Source of the DNA: Eledone cirrhosa
Lineage: Eukaryota
Direction of reading: 5' to 3'
Assembly: GCA_964016885.1 (NCBI GenBank)
Contig: OZ024744.1
Span: 131,254,001 to 131,318,000, forward strand
DNA: 64,000 nt
Below, one piece after another: positions 48,031 to 59,149 of the stretch; position 1 is the stretch's first letter; each line of letters begins with the position of its first letter. The position numbers were made by a program, and so were the translations under genes. The notes under the pieces are model-generated. The model was not told where the DNA came from, searched no databases, and saw nothing but the letters and a program-made list of their open reading frames with translations.

Positions 48031-50715
48031 GTCGGGGTTAAGTTAAGTTGGGGGTAAGTTAAGTTGGGATTAAGTTAAGTTGCGGTTAAGTTGGGGTTAA
48101 GTTAAGTTGGGGTTAAGTTAAGTCGGGGTAATTTAAGTCGGGGTTAAGTTAAGTTAGGGTTAAGTTAAGTTGGGGTTAAGTTAAAGTTGGGGTTGAGTTA
48201 AGTTGCGGTTGAGTTAAATTGGGGTTGAGTTAAGTTGGGGTTGAGTGAAGTTGGTGTTGAGTTAAGTTGGGGTTGAGTTAAGTTGGTGTTGAGTTAAGTT
48301 GGGGTTAAGTTAAGTTGGGGTTAAGTTATGTTGCGGTTAATTTAAGTTGAGGTTAAGTTAAGTTGGGGTTAACTTAAGTGTGGGTTAAGTTCAGTTGGGG
48401 TTAAGTTAAGTTGGGGTTGAGTTAAGTTGGGGTTGAGTTAAATTGGGGTTGAGTTAAGTTGGGGTTGAGTTAAGTTGGTGTTGAGTTAAGTTGGGGTTAA
48501 GTTAAGTTGGGGTTAAGTTAAGTTGCGGTTAAGTTAAGTTGAGGTTAAGTTAAGTTGGGGTTAACTTAAGTGTGGGTTAAGTTAAGTTGGGGTTAAGTTA
48601 AGTTGGGGTTAAGTTAAGTTGGTGTTAAGTTAAGTTGGGGCTGAGTTAAGTTGGGGCTGAGTTAAGTTGGGGCTGAGTTAAGTTGGGGTTCAGTTAAGTT
48701 GGGGTTGAGTTAAGTTGCGGTTAAGTTAAGTTGGGGTTAAGTTAAGTTGGGGTTATGTTAAGTTGGGGTTAAGGTAGGTTGGGGTTAAGTTAAGTTGGGG
48801 TTGAGTTAAGTTGGGGTTGAGTTAAATTGGGGTTGAGTTAAGTTGGGGTTGAGTTAAGTTGGTGTTGAGTTAAGTTGGGGTTAAGTTAAGTTGGGGTTAA
48901 GTTAAGTTGGGGTTAACTTAAGTGTGGGTTAAGTTAAGTTAAGGTTAAGTTAAGTTGGGGTTAAGTTAAGTTGGGGTTAAGTTAAGTTGGGGTTAAGTTA
49001 AGTTGGTGTTAAGTTAAGTTGGGGCTGAGTTAAGTTGGGGCTGAGTTAAGTTGGGGCTGAGTTAAGTTGGGGTTCAGTTAAGTTGAGGTTGAGTTAAGTT
49101 GCGGTTAAGTTAAGTTGGGGTTAAGTTAAGTTGGGGTTATGTTAAGTTGGGGTTTAGTTAAGTTGGGGTTCATTTAAGTTGGGGTTAAGTTAAGTTTAGG
49201 TTAAGTTGGGGTTAAATTAATTTGGGGTTAAGTTAAGTTGGGGTTAAGTTAAGTTGGGGTTAATTTAAGTTGGGGTTAATTTAAGTTGGGGTTAAGTTAA
49301 GTTGCGGGTAATTTAAGTTGGGGTTAAGTTAAGTTGGGGTTAAGTTAAGTTGGGGTTAAGTTAAGTTGGGGTTAAGTTAAGTTTGGGTTAAGTTAAGTTG
49401 GGGCTAATTTAAGTTGGGGCTGAGTTAAGTTGGGGTTAAGTTAAGTTGGGGTTAAGTTAATTTGGGGTTAAGTTGGGGTTTAATTAAGTTGGGGTTTATT
49501 TAAGTTGGGGTTAAGTTAAGTTGGGGTTCAGTTAAGTTGGGGTTCAGTTAAGTTGGGGTTAAGTTAAGTTGGGGTTAAGTTAAGTTGGTTAGTTAAGTTG
49601 AGGTTAAGTTAAGTTGGGGTTAAGTTAAGTTGGGGTTAAGTTAAGTTGGGGTTAATTTAAGTTGGGGCTAAGTTAAGTTGGGGCTAAGTTAAGTTGGAGC
49701 TAAGTTAAGTTGGGTTTAAGTTAAGGTGGGGTTAAGTTAAGTTGAGGTTAAGTTAAGTTGGGGTTAAGTTAAGTTGGTGTTAAGTTAAGTTGGGGCTGAG
49801 TTAAGTTGGGGCTGAGTTAAGTTGGGGCTGATTTAAGTTGGGGTTGAGTTAAGTTGGGGTTGAGTTAAGTTGCGGTTAAGTTAAGTTGGGGTTAAGTTAA
49901 GTTGGGGTTATGTTAAGTTGGGGTTAAGTTAAGTTGGGGTTAAGTTAAGTTGGGGTTGAGTTAAGTTGGGGTTGAGTTAAATTGGGGTTGAGTTAAGTTG
50001 GGGTTGAGTTAAGTTGGTGTTGAGTTAAGTTGGGATTAAGTTAAGTTGGGGTTAAGTTAAGTTGCGGTTAAGTTAAGGTGAGGTTAAGTTAAGTTGGGGT
50101 TAACTTAAGTTGGGGTTAAGTTAAGTTGGGGTTAAGTTAAGTTGGGGTTAAGTTAAGTTGGTGTTAAGTTAAGTTGGGGCTGAGTTAAGTTGGGGTTCAG
50201 TTAAGTTGGGGTTGAGTTAAGTTGCGGTTAATTTAAGTTGGGGTTAAGTTAAGTTGGGGTTCATTTAAGTTGGGGTTAAGTTAAGTTTGGGTTAAGTTGG
50301 GGTTAAATTAATTTGGGGTTAAGTTAAGTTGGGGTTAAGTTAAGTTGGGGTTAAGTTAAGTTGGGGTTAATTTAAGTTGGGGTTAATTTAAGTTGCGGGT
50401 AATTTAAGTTGGGGTTAAGTTAAGTTGGGGTTAAGTTAAGTTGGGGTTAATTTAAGTTGGGGTTAAGTTAAGTTGGGGTTAAGTTAAGTTGGGGCTGAGT
50501 TAAGTTGGGGTTAATTTAAGTTGGGGTTAAGTTAAGTTGGGGTTAAGTTAAGTTGGGGTTTATTTAAGTTGGGGTTAAGTTAAGTTGGGGTTCAGTTAAG
50601 TTGGGGTTCAGTTAAGTTGGGGTTAAGTTAAGTTGGGGTTAAGATGGGGTTAAATTAAGTTGGGGTTAAGTTAAGTTGGGGTTAAGTTAAGTTGGGGTTA
50701 AGTTAAGTTGGGGTT

Positions 50716-50891
50716 AACCCCAACTTAACTTAACCGCAACTTCACTCAACCCCAACGTAACTCAGCCCCAACTTAACTTAACCCCAACTTCAATCAACCC
50801 CAACTTAACTTAACCCCAACTTCACTCAACCCCAACTTCCAACTTGACTTAACCCCAACTTAACTTAGCCCCAACTTAACTTAAGCCCAAA
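50716..50891 (-). repeat. Inverted satellite island type F
   Basis: Copy of 43120-43295 (+7,596). Confidence 0.95.
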
Positions 50892-53800
50892 GTCGGGGTT
50901 AAGTTAAGTTGGCGTTAAGTTAAGTTAGGCTTAACTTAAGTTGGGGTTCAGTTAAGTTGGGGGTAAGTTAAGTTGGGGGTAAGTTAAGTTGGGGTTAAGT
51001 TAAGTTGCGGTTAAGTTGGGGTTAAGTTAAGTTAGGGTTAAGTTAAGTTGGGGTTGAGTTAAGTTGGGGTTAATTAAGTGGTGGTTATGTTAAGTTGGGG
51101 TTAAGTTAAGTTGGGGTTAATTTAAATTGGGGTTAAGTTAACTTTGTGGTTAAGTTAAGTTGGGGTTAAGTTAAGTTGGGGTAAAGTTGGGGTTGAGTTA
51201 AGTTGGGGTTGAGTGAAGTTGGGGTTAAGTTAAGTTGGGGCTAAGTTAATTTGTGGTTAAGTTAAGTTGGGGTTAAGATAAGTCGGGGTTAAATTAAGTT
51301 GTGGTTGAGTTAAGTTGGGGTTAATTTAAGTTGGGGCTAAGTTAATTTGTGGTTAAGTTAAGTTGGGGTTAAGTTAAGTTGGGGTTAAGTTAAGTCGGGG
51401 TAAGTTAAGTCGGGGTTAAGTTAAGTTAGGGTTAAGTTAAGTTGGGGTTAAGTTAAGTTGTGGTTGAGTTAAGTTGGGGTTGAGTTAAATTGGGGTTGAG
51501 TTAAGTTGGGGTTGAGTTAAGTTGGTGTTGAGTTAAGTTGGGGTTAAGTTAAGTTGGGGTTAAGTTAAGTTGCGGTTAAGTTAAGTTGAGGTTAAGTTAA
51601 GTTGGGGTTAACTTAAGTGTGGGTTAAGTTAAGTTGGGGTTAAGTTAAGTTGGGGTTAAGTTAAGTTGGTGTTAAGTTAAATTGGGGTTGAGTTAAGTTG
51701 GGGCTGAGTTAAGTTGGGGCTGAGTTAAGTTGTGGTTCAGTTAAGTTGGGGTTGAGTTAAGTTGCGGTTAAGTTAAGTTGGGGTTAAGTTAAGTTGGGGT
51801 TATGTTAAGTTGGGGTTAAGGTAGGTTGGGGTTAAGTTAAGTTGGGGTTGAGTTAAGTTGGGGTTGAGTTAAATTGGGGTTGAGTTAAGTTGGGGTTGAG
51901 TTAAGTTGGTGTTGAGTTAAGTTGGGGTTAAGTTAAGTTGGGGTTAAGTTAAGTTGCGGTTAAGTTAAGTTGGGGTTAAGTTAAGTTGGGGTTAAGTTAA
52001 GTTGGGGTTAAGTTAAGTTGGGGTTAAGTTAAGTTGGTGTTAAGTTAAGTTGGGGCTGAGTTAAGTTGGGGCTGAGTTAAGTTGGGGCTGAGTTAAGTTG
52101 GGGTTCAGTTAAGTTGGGGTTAAGTTAAGTTGGGGTTATGTTAAGTTGGGGTTTAGTTAAGTTGCGGTTCATTTAAGTTGGGGTTAAGTTAAGTTTAGGT
52201 TAAGTTGGGGTTAAATTAATTTGGGGTTAAGTTAAGTTGGGGTTAAGTTAAGTTGGGGTTAATTTAAGTTGGGGTTAATTTAAGTTGGGGTTAAGTTAAG
52301 TTGCGGGTAATTTAAGTTGGGGTTAAGTTAAGTTGGGGTTAAGTTAAGTTGGGGTTAAGTTAAGTTGGGGTTAAGTTAAGTTTGGGTTAAGTTAAGTTGG
52401 GGCTAATTTAAGTTGGGGCTGAGTTAAGTTGGGGTTAAGTTAAGTTGGGGTTAAGTTAATTTGGGGTTAAGTTGGGGTTAAGTTAAGTTGGGGTTTATTT
52501 AAGTTGGGGTTAAGTTAAGTTGGGGTTCAGTTAAGTTGGGGTTCAGTTAAGTTGGTTAGTTAAGTTGAGGTTAAGTTAAGTTGGGGTTAAGTTAAGTTGG
52601 GGTTAAGTTAAGTTGGGGTTAATTTAAGTTAGGGTTAAGTTAAGTTGGGGTTCAGTTAAGTTGGGGTTAAGTCAAGTTGGGGTTAAGTTGGGGTTAAATT
52701 AAGTTGGGGTTAAGTTAAGTTGGGGTCAAGTTAAGTTGGGGTTAAGTTAAGTTGGGGTTAAGTTAAGTTGGGGTTAAGTTAAGTTGGGGTTCAGTTAAGT
52801 TGGGGTTAAGTCAAGTTGGGGTTAAGTTGGGGTTAAATTAAGTTTGGGCTAAGTTAAGTTGGGGCTAAGTTAAGTTGGGGCTAAGTTAAGTTGGGGTTCA
52901 GTTAAGTTGGGGTTAAGTTAAGTTTGGGTTAAGTTGGGGTTAAATTAAGTTGGGGTTAAGTTAAGTTGGGGTTTAGTTAAGTTGGGGTTAATTTAAGTTG
53001 GGGTTAATTTAAGTTGCGGTTAAGTTAAGTTGGGGTTAAGTTAAGTGGTGGTTATGTTAAGTTGGGGTTAAGTTAAGTTGGGGTTAATTTAAATTGGGGT
53101 TAAGTTAACTTTGTGGTTAAGTTAAGTTGGGGTTAAGTTAAGTTGGGGTTAAGTTAAGTTGGGGTTGCGTTAAGTCGGGGTTGAGTGAAGTTGGGGTTAA
53201 GTTAAGTTGGGGTTAATTTAAGTTGGGGTTAAGTTAAGTCGGGCTTAAGTTAAGTTGGGGTTAAGTTAATTTGGGGTTAAGTTAAGTTGGGGTTAAGTTA
53301 AGTTGGGGTTGAGTTAAGTTGGGGTTGAGTTAATTTAGGGTTAAGTTAAGTTGGGGTTAAGTTAAGTTGGGTTTAAGTTAAGTTGGGGTTAAATTAAGTT
53401 GGGGTTAAATTAAGTTAGGGTTAAGTTAAGTTGGGGGTAAGTTAAGTTGGGGGCAAGTTAAGTTGGGGTTAAATTAAGTTGGGGTTAAGTTTAGTTGGTG
53501 TTAAGTTAAGTTGGGGTTTATTTAAGTTGGGGTTAATTAAGTTGGGGCTGAGTTAAGTTGGGGCTGAATTAAGTTGGGGTTAAGTTAAGTTGGGGTTGAG
53601 TTAAGTTGGGGTTAAGTTAAGTTGGGGTTAAGTTAAGTTGGGGTTCAGTTAAGTTGGGGTTAAGTTGGGGTTAAATTAATTTGGGGTTAAGTTAAGTTGG
53701 GGTTTAGTTTAGTTGGGGTTAAATTAAGTTGGGGTTAATTTAAGTTGGGGTTAAGTTAAGTTGCGGGTAATTTAAGTTGGGGTTAAGTTAAGTTGGGGTT

Positions 53801-54239
53801 AAGTTAAGTTGGGGTTAAGTTAAGTTGGGGGTAAGTTAAGTTGGGGGTAAGTTAAGTTGGGGTTAAGTTAAGTTGGGGTTAAGTTAAGTTAGGGTTAAGT
53901 CAAGTTGGGGTTGAGTTAAGTTGGGGTTAAGTTAAGTTGGGGTTATGTTAAGTTGGGGTTAAGTTAAGTTGGTTCGTTAAGTTGAGTTTAAGTTAAGTGG
54001 GGTTAATTTAAGTTGGGGTTAAGTTAAGTTGGGGTTAAGTTAAGTTGGGGTTAAGTTAAGTTGGGGTTAAGTTAAGTTGGGGTTCAGTTAAGTTGGGGTT
54101 CAGTGAAGTTGGGGTTAAGTTGGGGTTAAATTAATTTGGGGTTAAGTTAAGTTGGGGTTAAGTTAAGTTGGGGTTATGTTAAGTTGGGGTTAAGTTAAGT
54201 TGGGGTTAAGTTAATTTGTGGTTAAGTTAAGTTGTGGTT

Positions 54240-54632
54240 AACCCCAACTTCACTCAACCCCACCTTAACTCAACCCCAACTTAACTTAAGCCCAACTTCA
54301 CTCAACCCCAACTTAACTTAACCCCAACTTCACTCAACCCCAACTTAACTCAACCCCAACTTAACTTAACCCCAACTTAACTTAACCCTAACTTAACTTA
54401 ACCCCAACTTAACTTAACTTCGACTTAACTTAACCCCAACTTAACTTAACCCCAACTTAACTTAACCCCAACTTAACTTAACCACAAATTAACTTAACCC
54501 CAACTTAAATTAACCCCAACTTAAATTAACCCCAACTTAACTTAACCCCAACTTAACTTAACCCCAACTTAAATTAACCCCAACTTGACTTAACCCCAAA
54601 TTAACTTAACCCCAACTTAACTTAACCCCAAA
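54240..54632 (-). repeat. Inverted satellite island type A
   Basis: Same markers and junctions as 2831-3223. Confidence 0.95.
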
Positions 54633-55620
54633 TTCGGGGTTAAGTTAAGTTGGGGTTAAATTAAGTTAGGCTTAACTTAAGTTGGGGTTAAGTTAATTTG
54701 GGGTTAAGTTGGGGTTAAGTTAAGTTAGGGTTAAGTTAAGTTGGGGTTGAGTTAAGTTGGGGTTAAGTTAAGTTGGGGTTAAGTTAAGTTGGGGTCAAGT
54801 TAAGTTGGGGTTAAAATTAAGTTAGGGTTAAATCAAGTTGGGGTTAAGTTAAAGTGGGGTTAATTTAGTTGGGGTTAAGTTAAGTTGGGGCTAAGTTAAG
54901 TTGGGGCTAAGTTAAGTTGGGACTAAGTTAAGTTGGGGTTAAGTTAAGTTGGGGTTAAGTTAAGTTGGGGTTAATTTAAGTTGGGATTGAGTTAAGTTGG
55001 GGTTAAGTTAAGTTGGGGTTATATTAAGTTGAGGTTAAGTTAAGTTGGGGTTAAGTTAAGTTGGGGTTCAGTTAAGTTGCGGTTAAGTTAAGTTGGGGTT
55101 AAGTTAAGTTGGGGTTAAGTTAAGTTGGGGTTAAGTTAAGTTGGGGTCAAGTTAAGTTGGGGTTAAGTTAAGTTGGGGTTAAATTAAGTTGGGGTTAATT
55201 TAAGTTGGGGTTAATTTAAGCTGGGGTTAAGTTAAGTTGGGGATAATTTAAGTTGGGGATAAGTTAAGTTGGGGTTAAGTTAAGTTGGGTTTAAGTTAAG
55301 TTGGGGTTAAGTTAAGTTGCGGTTAAGTTAAGTTGGTTAGTTAAGTTGAGTTTAAGTTAAGTTGGGGTTAATTTAAGTTGGGGTTAAGTTACGTTGGGGT
55401 TAAGTTAAGTTGGGGCTAAGTTAAGTTGGGGTTCAGTTAAGTTGGGGTTAAATCAATTTGGGGTTAAGTTGGGGTTAAATTAATTTGGGGTTAAGTTAAG
55501 TTGGGGTTAAGTTAAGTTGGGGTTAAGTTAAGTTGGGGTTAAGTTAAGTTGGGGTTAAGTTAAGTTGGAGTTAAGTTAAGTTTGGGTTGAGTTAAGTTGG
55601 GGTTGAGTTAAATTGGGGTT

Positions 55621-56109
55621 AACTCCAACTTAAGTTAACCCCAACTTAACTTAACCCCAACTTCACTCAACCCCAACTTAACTTAACCCCAACTTCACTC
55701 AACCCCAACTTAACTCAACCCCAACCTAACTTAACCCCAACTTCACTCAACCCCAACTTATCTTAACCCCAACTTCACTCAACCCCAACTTAACTCAACC
55801 CCAACTTAACTTAACCCCAACTTAACTTAACCCTAACTTAACTTAACCCCGACTTAACTTAACCTCGACTTAACTTAACCCCAACTTAATTTAACCCCAA
55901 CTTAACTTAACCCCAACTTAACTTAACCACAAATTAACTTAACCCGAACTTCAATTAACCCCAACTTAACTTAACCCCAACTTAACTTAACCCCAACTTA
56001 ACTTAACCCCAACTTAACTCACACCCAACTTACCTTACCCCCAATTTAACTTAACCCCAACTTGACTTAACCCCAACTTAACTTAACCCCAACTTAACTT
56101 AACCCCAAA
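55621..56109 (-). repeat. Inverted satellite island type B
   Basis: Same markers and junctions as 4212-4700. Confidence 0.95.
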
Positions 56110-59100
56110 TTCGGGGTTAAGTTATGTTGGGGTTAAGTTAAGTTAGGCCTAACTTAAGTTGGAGTTAAGTTAAGTTGGGGGTAAGTTAAGTTGGGGGTAA
56201 GTTAAGTTAAGTTGGGGTTAAGTTGGGGTTAAGTTAAGTTGGGGTTAAGTTAAGTTGGGGTTAAGTTAAGTTGGGGTTAATTTAAGTTGGGGTTAAGTTA
56301 AGTTGCGGGTAATTTAAGTTGGGGTTAAGTTAAGTTGGGGTTAAGTTAAGTTGGGGTTAAGTTAAGTTGGGGTTAAGGTAAGTTGGGGTTAAGTTAAATT
56401 GGGGCTAAGTTAAGTTGGGGCTGAGTTAAGTTGGGGTTAAGTTAAGTTGGGGTTAAGTTAAGTTGGGGTTAAGTTAAGTTGGGGTTAAGTTAAGTTGGCG
56501 TTGAGTTAAGTTGGGGTTAAGTTAAGTAGGGGTAAGTTAAGTTGGGGTTCAGTTAAGTTGGGGTTAAGTTAAGTTGGGGTTAAGTTAAGTTGGGGTTAAG
56601 TTAAGTCGGGGTTAAGTTAAGTTAGGGTTAAGTTAAGTTGGAGTTAAGTTAAGTTGGGGTTGAGTTAAGTTGGGGTTGAGTTAAATTGGGGTTGAGTTAA
56701 GTTGGGGTTGAGTTAAGTTGGTGTTGAGTTAAGTTGGGGTTAAATTGAGTTGGGGTTAAATTAAGTTGGGGTTAAGTAAATTTGGGGGTAAGTTAAGTTG
56801 GGGGCAAGTTAAGTTGGGGCTAATTTAAGTTGGGGTTAAATTAAGTTGGGGTTACGTTAAGTTGGTGTTAAGTTAAGTTGGGGTTAATTTAAGTTGGGGT
56901 TAATTAAGTTAGGGTTAAGTTAAGTTGGGGTTAAGTTAATTTGGGGTTAATTTAAGTTGGGGTTGAGTTAAGTTAGGGTTAAGTTAAGTTGGGGTTATAT
57001 TAAGTTGGGGTTAAGTTAAGTTGGGGTTGAGTTAAGTTAGGGTTAAGTTAAGTTGGGGTTATATTAAGTTGGGGTTAAGTTATGTTGGGGTTAAGTTAAG
57101 TTAGGCCTAACTTAAGTTGGAGTTAAGTTAAGTTGGGGGTAAGTTAAGTTGGGGGTAAGTTAAGTTGGGGTTAAGTTAAGTTGGGGTTAAGTTGGGGTTA
57201 AGTTAAGTTAGGGTTAAGTTAAGTTGGGGTTGAGTTAAGTTGGGGTTAAGTTAAGTGGTGGTTATGTTAAGTTGGGGTGAAGTTAACTGGGGTTAATTTA
57301 AATTGGTGTTAAGTTAACTTTGTGGTTAAGTTAAGTTGGGGTTAAGTTAAGTTGGGGTTAAGTTAAGTTGGGGTTGAGTTAAGTTGGGGTTGAGTGAAGT
57401 TGGGGTTAAGTTAAGTTGGGGTTAATTTAAGTTGGGGTTAAGTTAAATCGGAGTTAAGTTAAGTTGGGGTTGAGTTAAGTTGGCGTTAATTTAAGTTGGG
57501 GCTAAGTTAAGTTGGGGTTAAGTTAAGTTGAGGTTAAGTTAAGTTGGGGTTGAGTTAAGTTGGGGTTGAGTTAATTTGGGGTTAAGTTAAGTTGGGGTTA
57601 AGTTAAGTTGGGTTTAAGTTAAGTTGGGGTTAAATTAAGTTGGGGTTAAATTAAGTTGGGGTTAAGTTAAGTTGGGGGTAAGATAAGTTGGGAGCAAGTT
57701 AAGTTGGGGTTAAGTTAAGTTGGGGTTAAATTAAGTTGGGGTTAAGTTAAGTTGGGGTTATATTAAGTTGGGGTTAAGTTAAGTTGGGGTTAAGTTAAGT
57801 TGGGGTTCAGTTAAGTTGCGGTTAAGTTAAGTTGGGGTTAAGTTAAGTTGGGGTTAAGTTAAGTTGGGGTCAAGTTAAGTTGGGGTTAAGTTAAGTTTGG
57901 GTTAAGTTAAGTTGGGGCTAATTTAAGTTGGGGCTGAGTTAAGTTGGGGTTAAGTTAAGTTGGGGTTAAGTTAATTTGGGGTTAAGTTGGGGTTAAGTTA
58001 AGTTGGGGTTTATTTAAATTGGGGTTAAGTTAAGTTGGGGTTCAGTTAAGTTGGGGTTCAGTTAAGTTGGGGTTAAGTTAAGTTGGGGTTAAGTTAAGTT
58101 GGTTAGTTAAGTTGAGGTTAAGTTAAGTTGGGGTTAAGTTAAGTTGGGGTTAAGTTAAGTTGGGGTTAATTTAAGTTAGGGTTAAGTTAAGTTGGGGTTC
58201 AGTTAAGTTGGGGTTAAGTCAAGTTGGGGTTAAGTTGGGGTTAAATTAAGTTGGGGTTAAGTTAAGTTGGGGTCAAGTTAAGTTGGGGTTAAGTTAAGTT
58301 GGGGTTAAGTTAAGTTGGGGTTAAGTTAAGTTGGGGTTCAGTTAAGTTGGGGTTAATTCAAGTTGGGGTTAAGTTGGGGTTAAATTAAGTTGGGGCTAAG
58401 TTAAGTTGGGGCTAAGTTAAGTTGGGGCTAAGTTAAGTTGGGGTTCAGTTAAGTTGGGGTTAAGTTAAGTTTGGGTTAAGTTGGGGTTAAATTAAGTTGG
58501 GGTTAAGTTAAGTTGGGGTTTAGTTAAGTTGGGGTTAATTTAAGTTGGGGTTAATTTAAGTTGCGGTTAAGTTAAGTTGGGGTTAAGTTAAGTGGTGGTT
58601 ATGTTAAGTTGGGGTTAAGTTAAGTTGGGGTTAATTTAAATTGGGGTTAAGTTAACTTTGTGGTTAAGTTAAGTTGGGGTTAAGTTAAGTTGGGGTTAAG
58701 TGAAGTTGGGGTTGCGTTAAGTCGGGGTTGAGTGAAGTTGGGGTTAAGTTAAGTTGGGGTTAATTTAAGTTGGGGTTAAGTTAAGTCGGGCTTAAGTTAA
58801 GTTGGGGTTAAGTTAATTTGGGGTTAAGTTAAGTTGGGGTTAAGTTAAGTTGGGGTTGAGTTAAGTTGGGGTTGAGTTAATTTAGGGTTAAGTTAAGTTG
58901 GGGTTAAGTTAAGTTGGGTTTAAGTTAAGTTGGGGTTAAATTAAGTTGGGGTTAAATTAAGTTGGGGTTAAGTTAAGTTGGGGGTAAGTTAAGTTGGGGT
59001 TCAGTTAAGTTGCGGTTAAGTTAAGTTGGGGTCAAGTTAAGTTGGGGTTATGTTAAGTTGGGGTTTAGTTAAGTTGGTGTTCATTTAAGTTGGGGTTAAG

Positions 59101-59149
59101 TTAAGTTTGGGTTAAGTTGGGGTTAAATTAAGTTGGGGTTAAGTTAAGT

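Larger units (their letters stand above)
51292..56200 (+). repeat. Dispersed copy of the block at 1 to about 4,790, with monomer-scale indels
   Basis: Begins AATTAAGTTGTGGTTGAG as at positions 1 and 11711, and keeps the same variant order through islands A and B. Confidence 0.85.
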
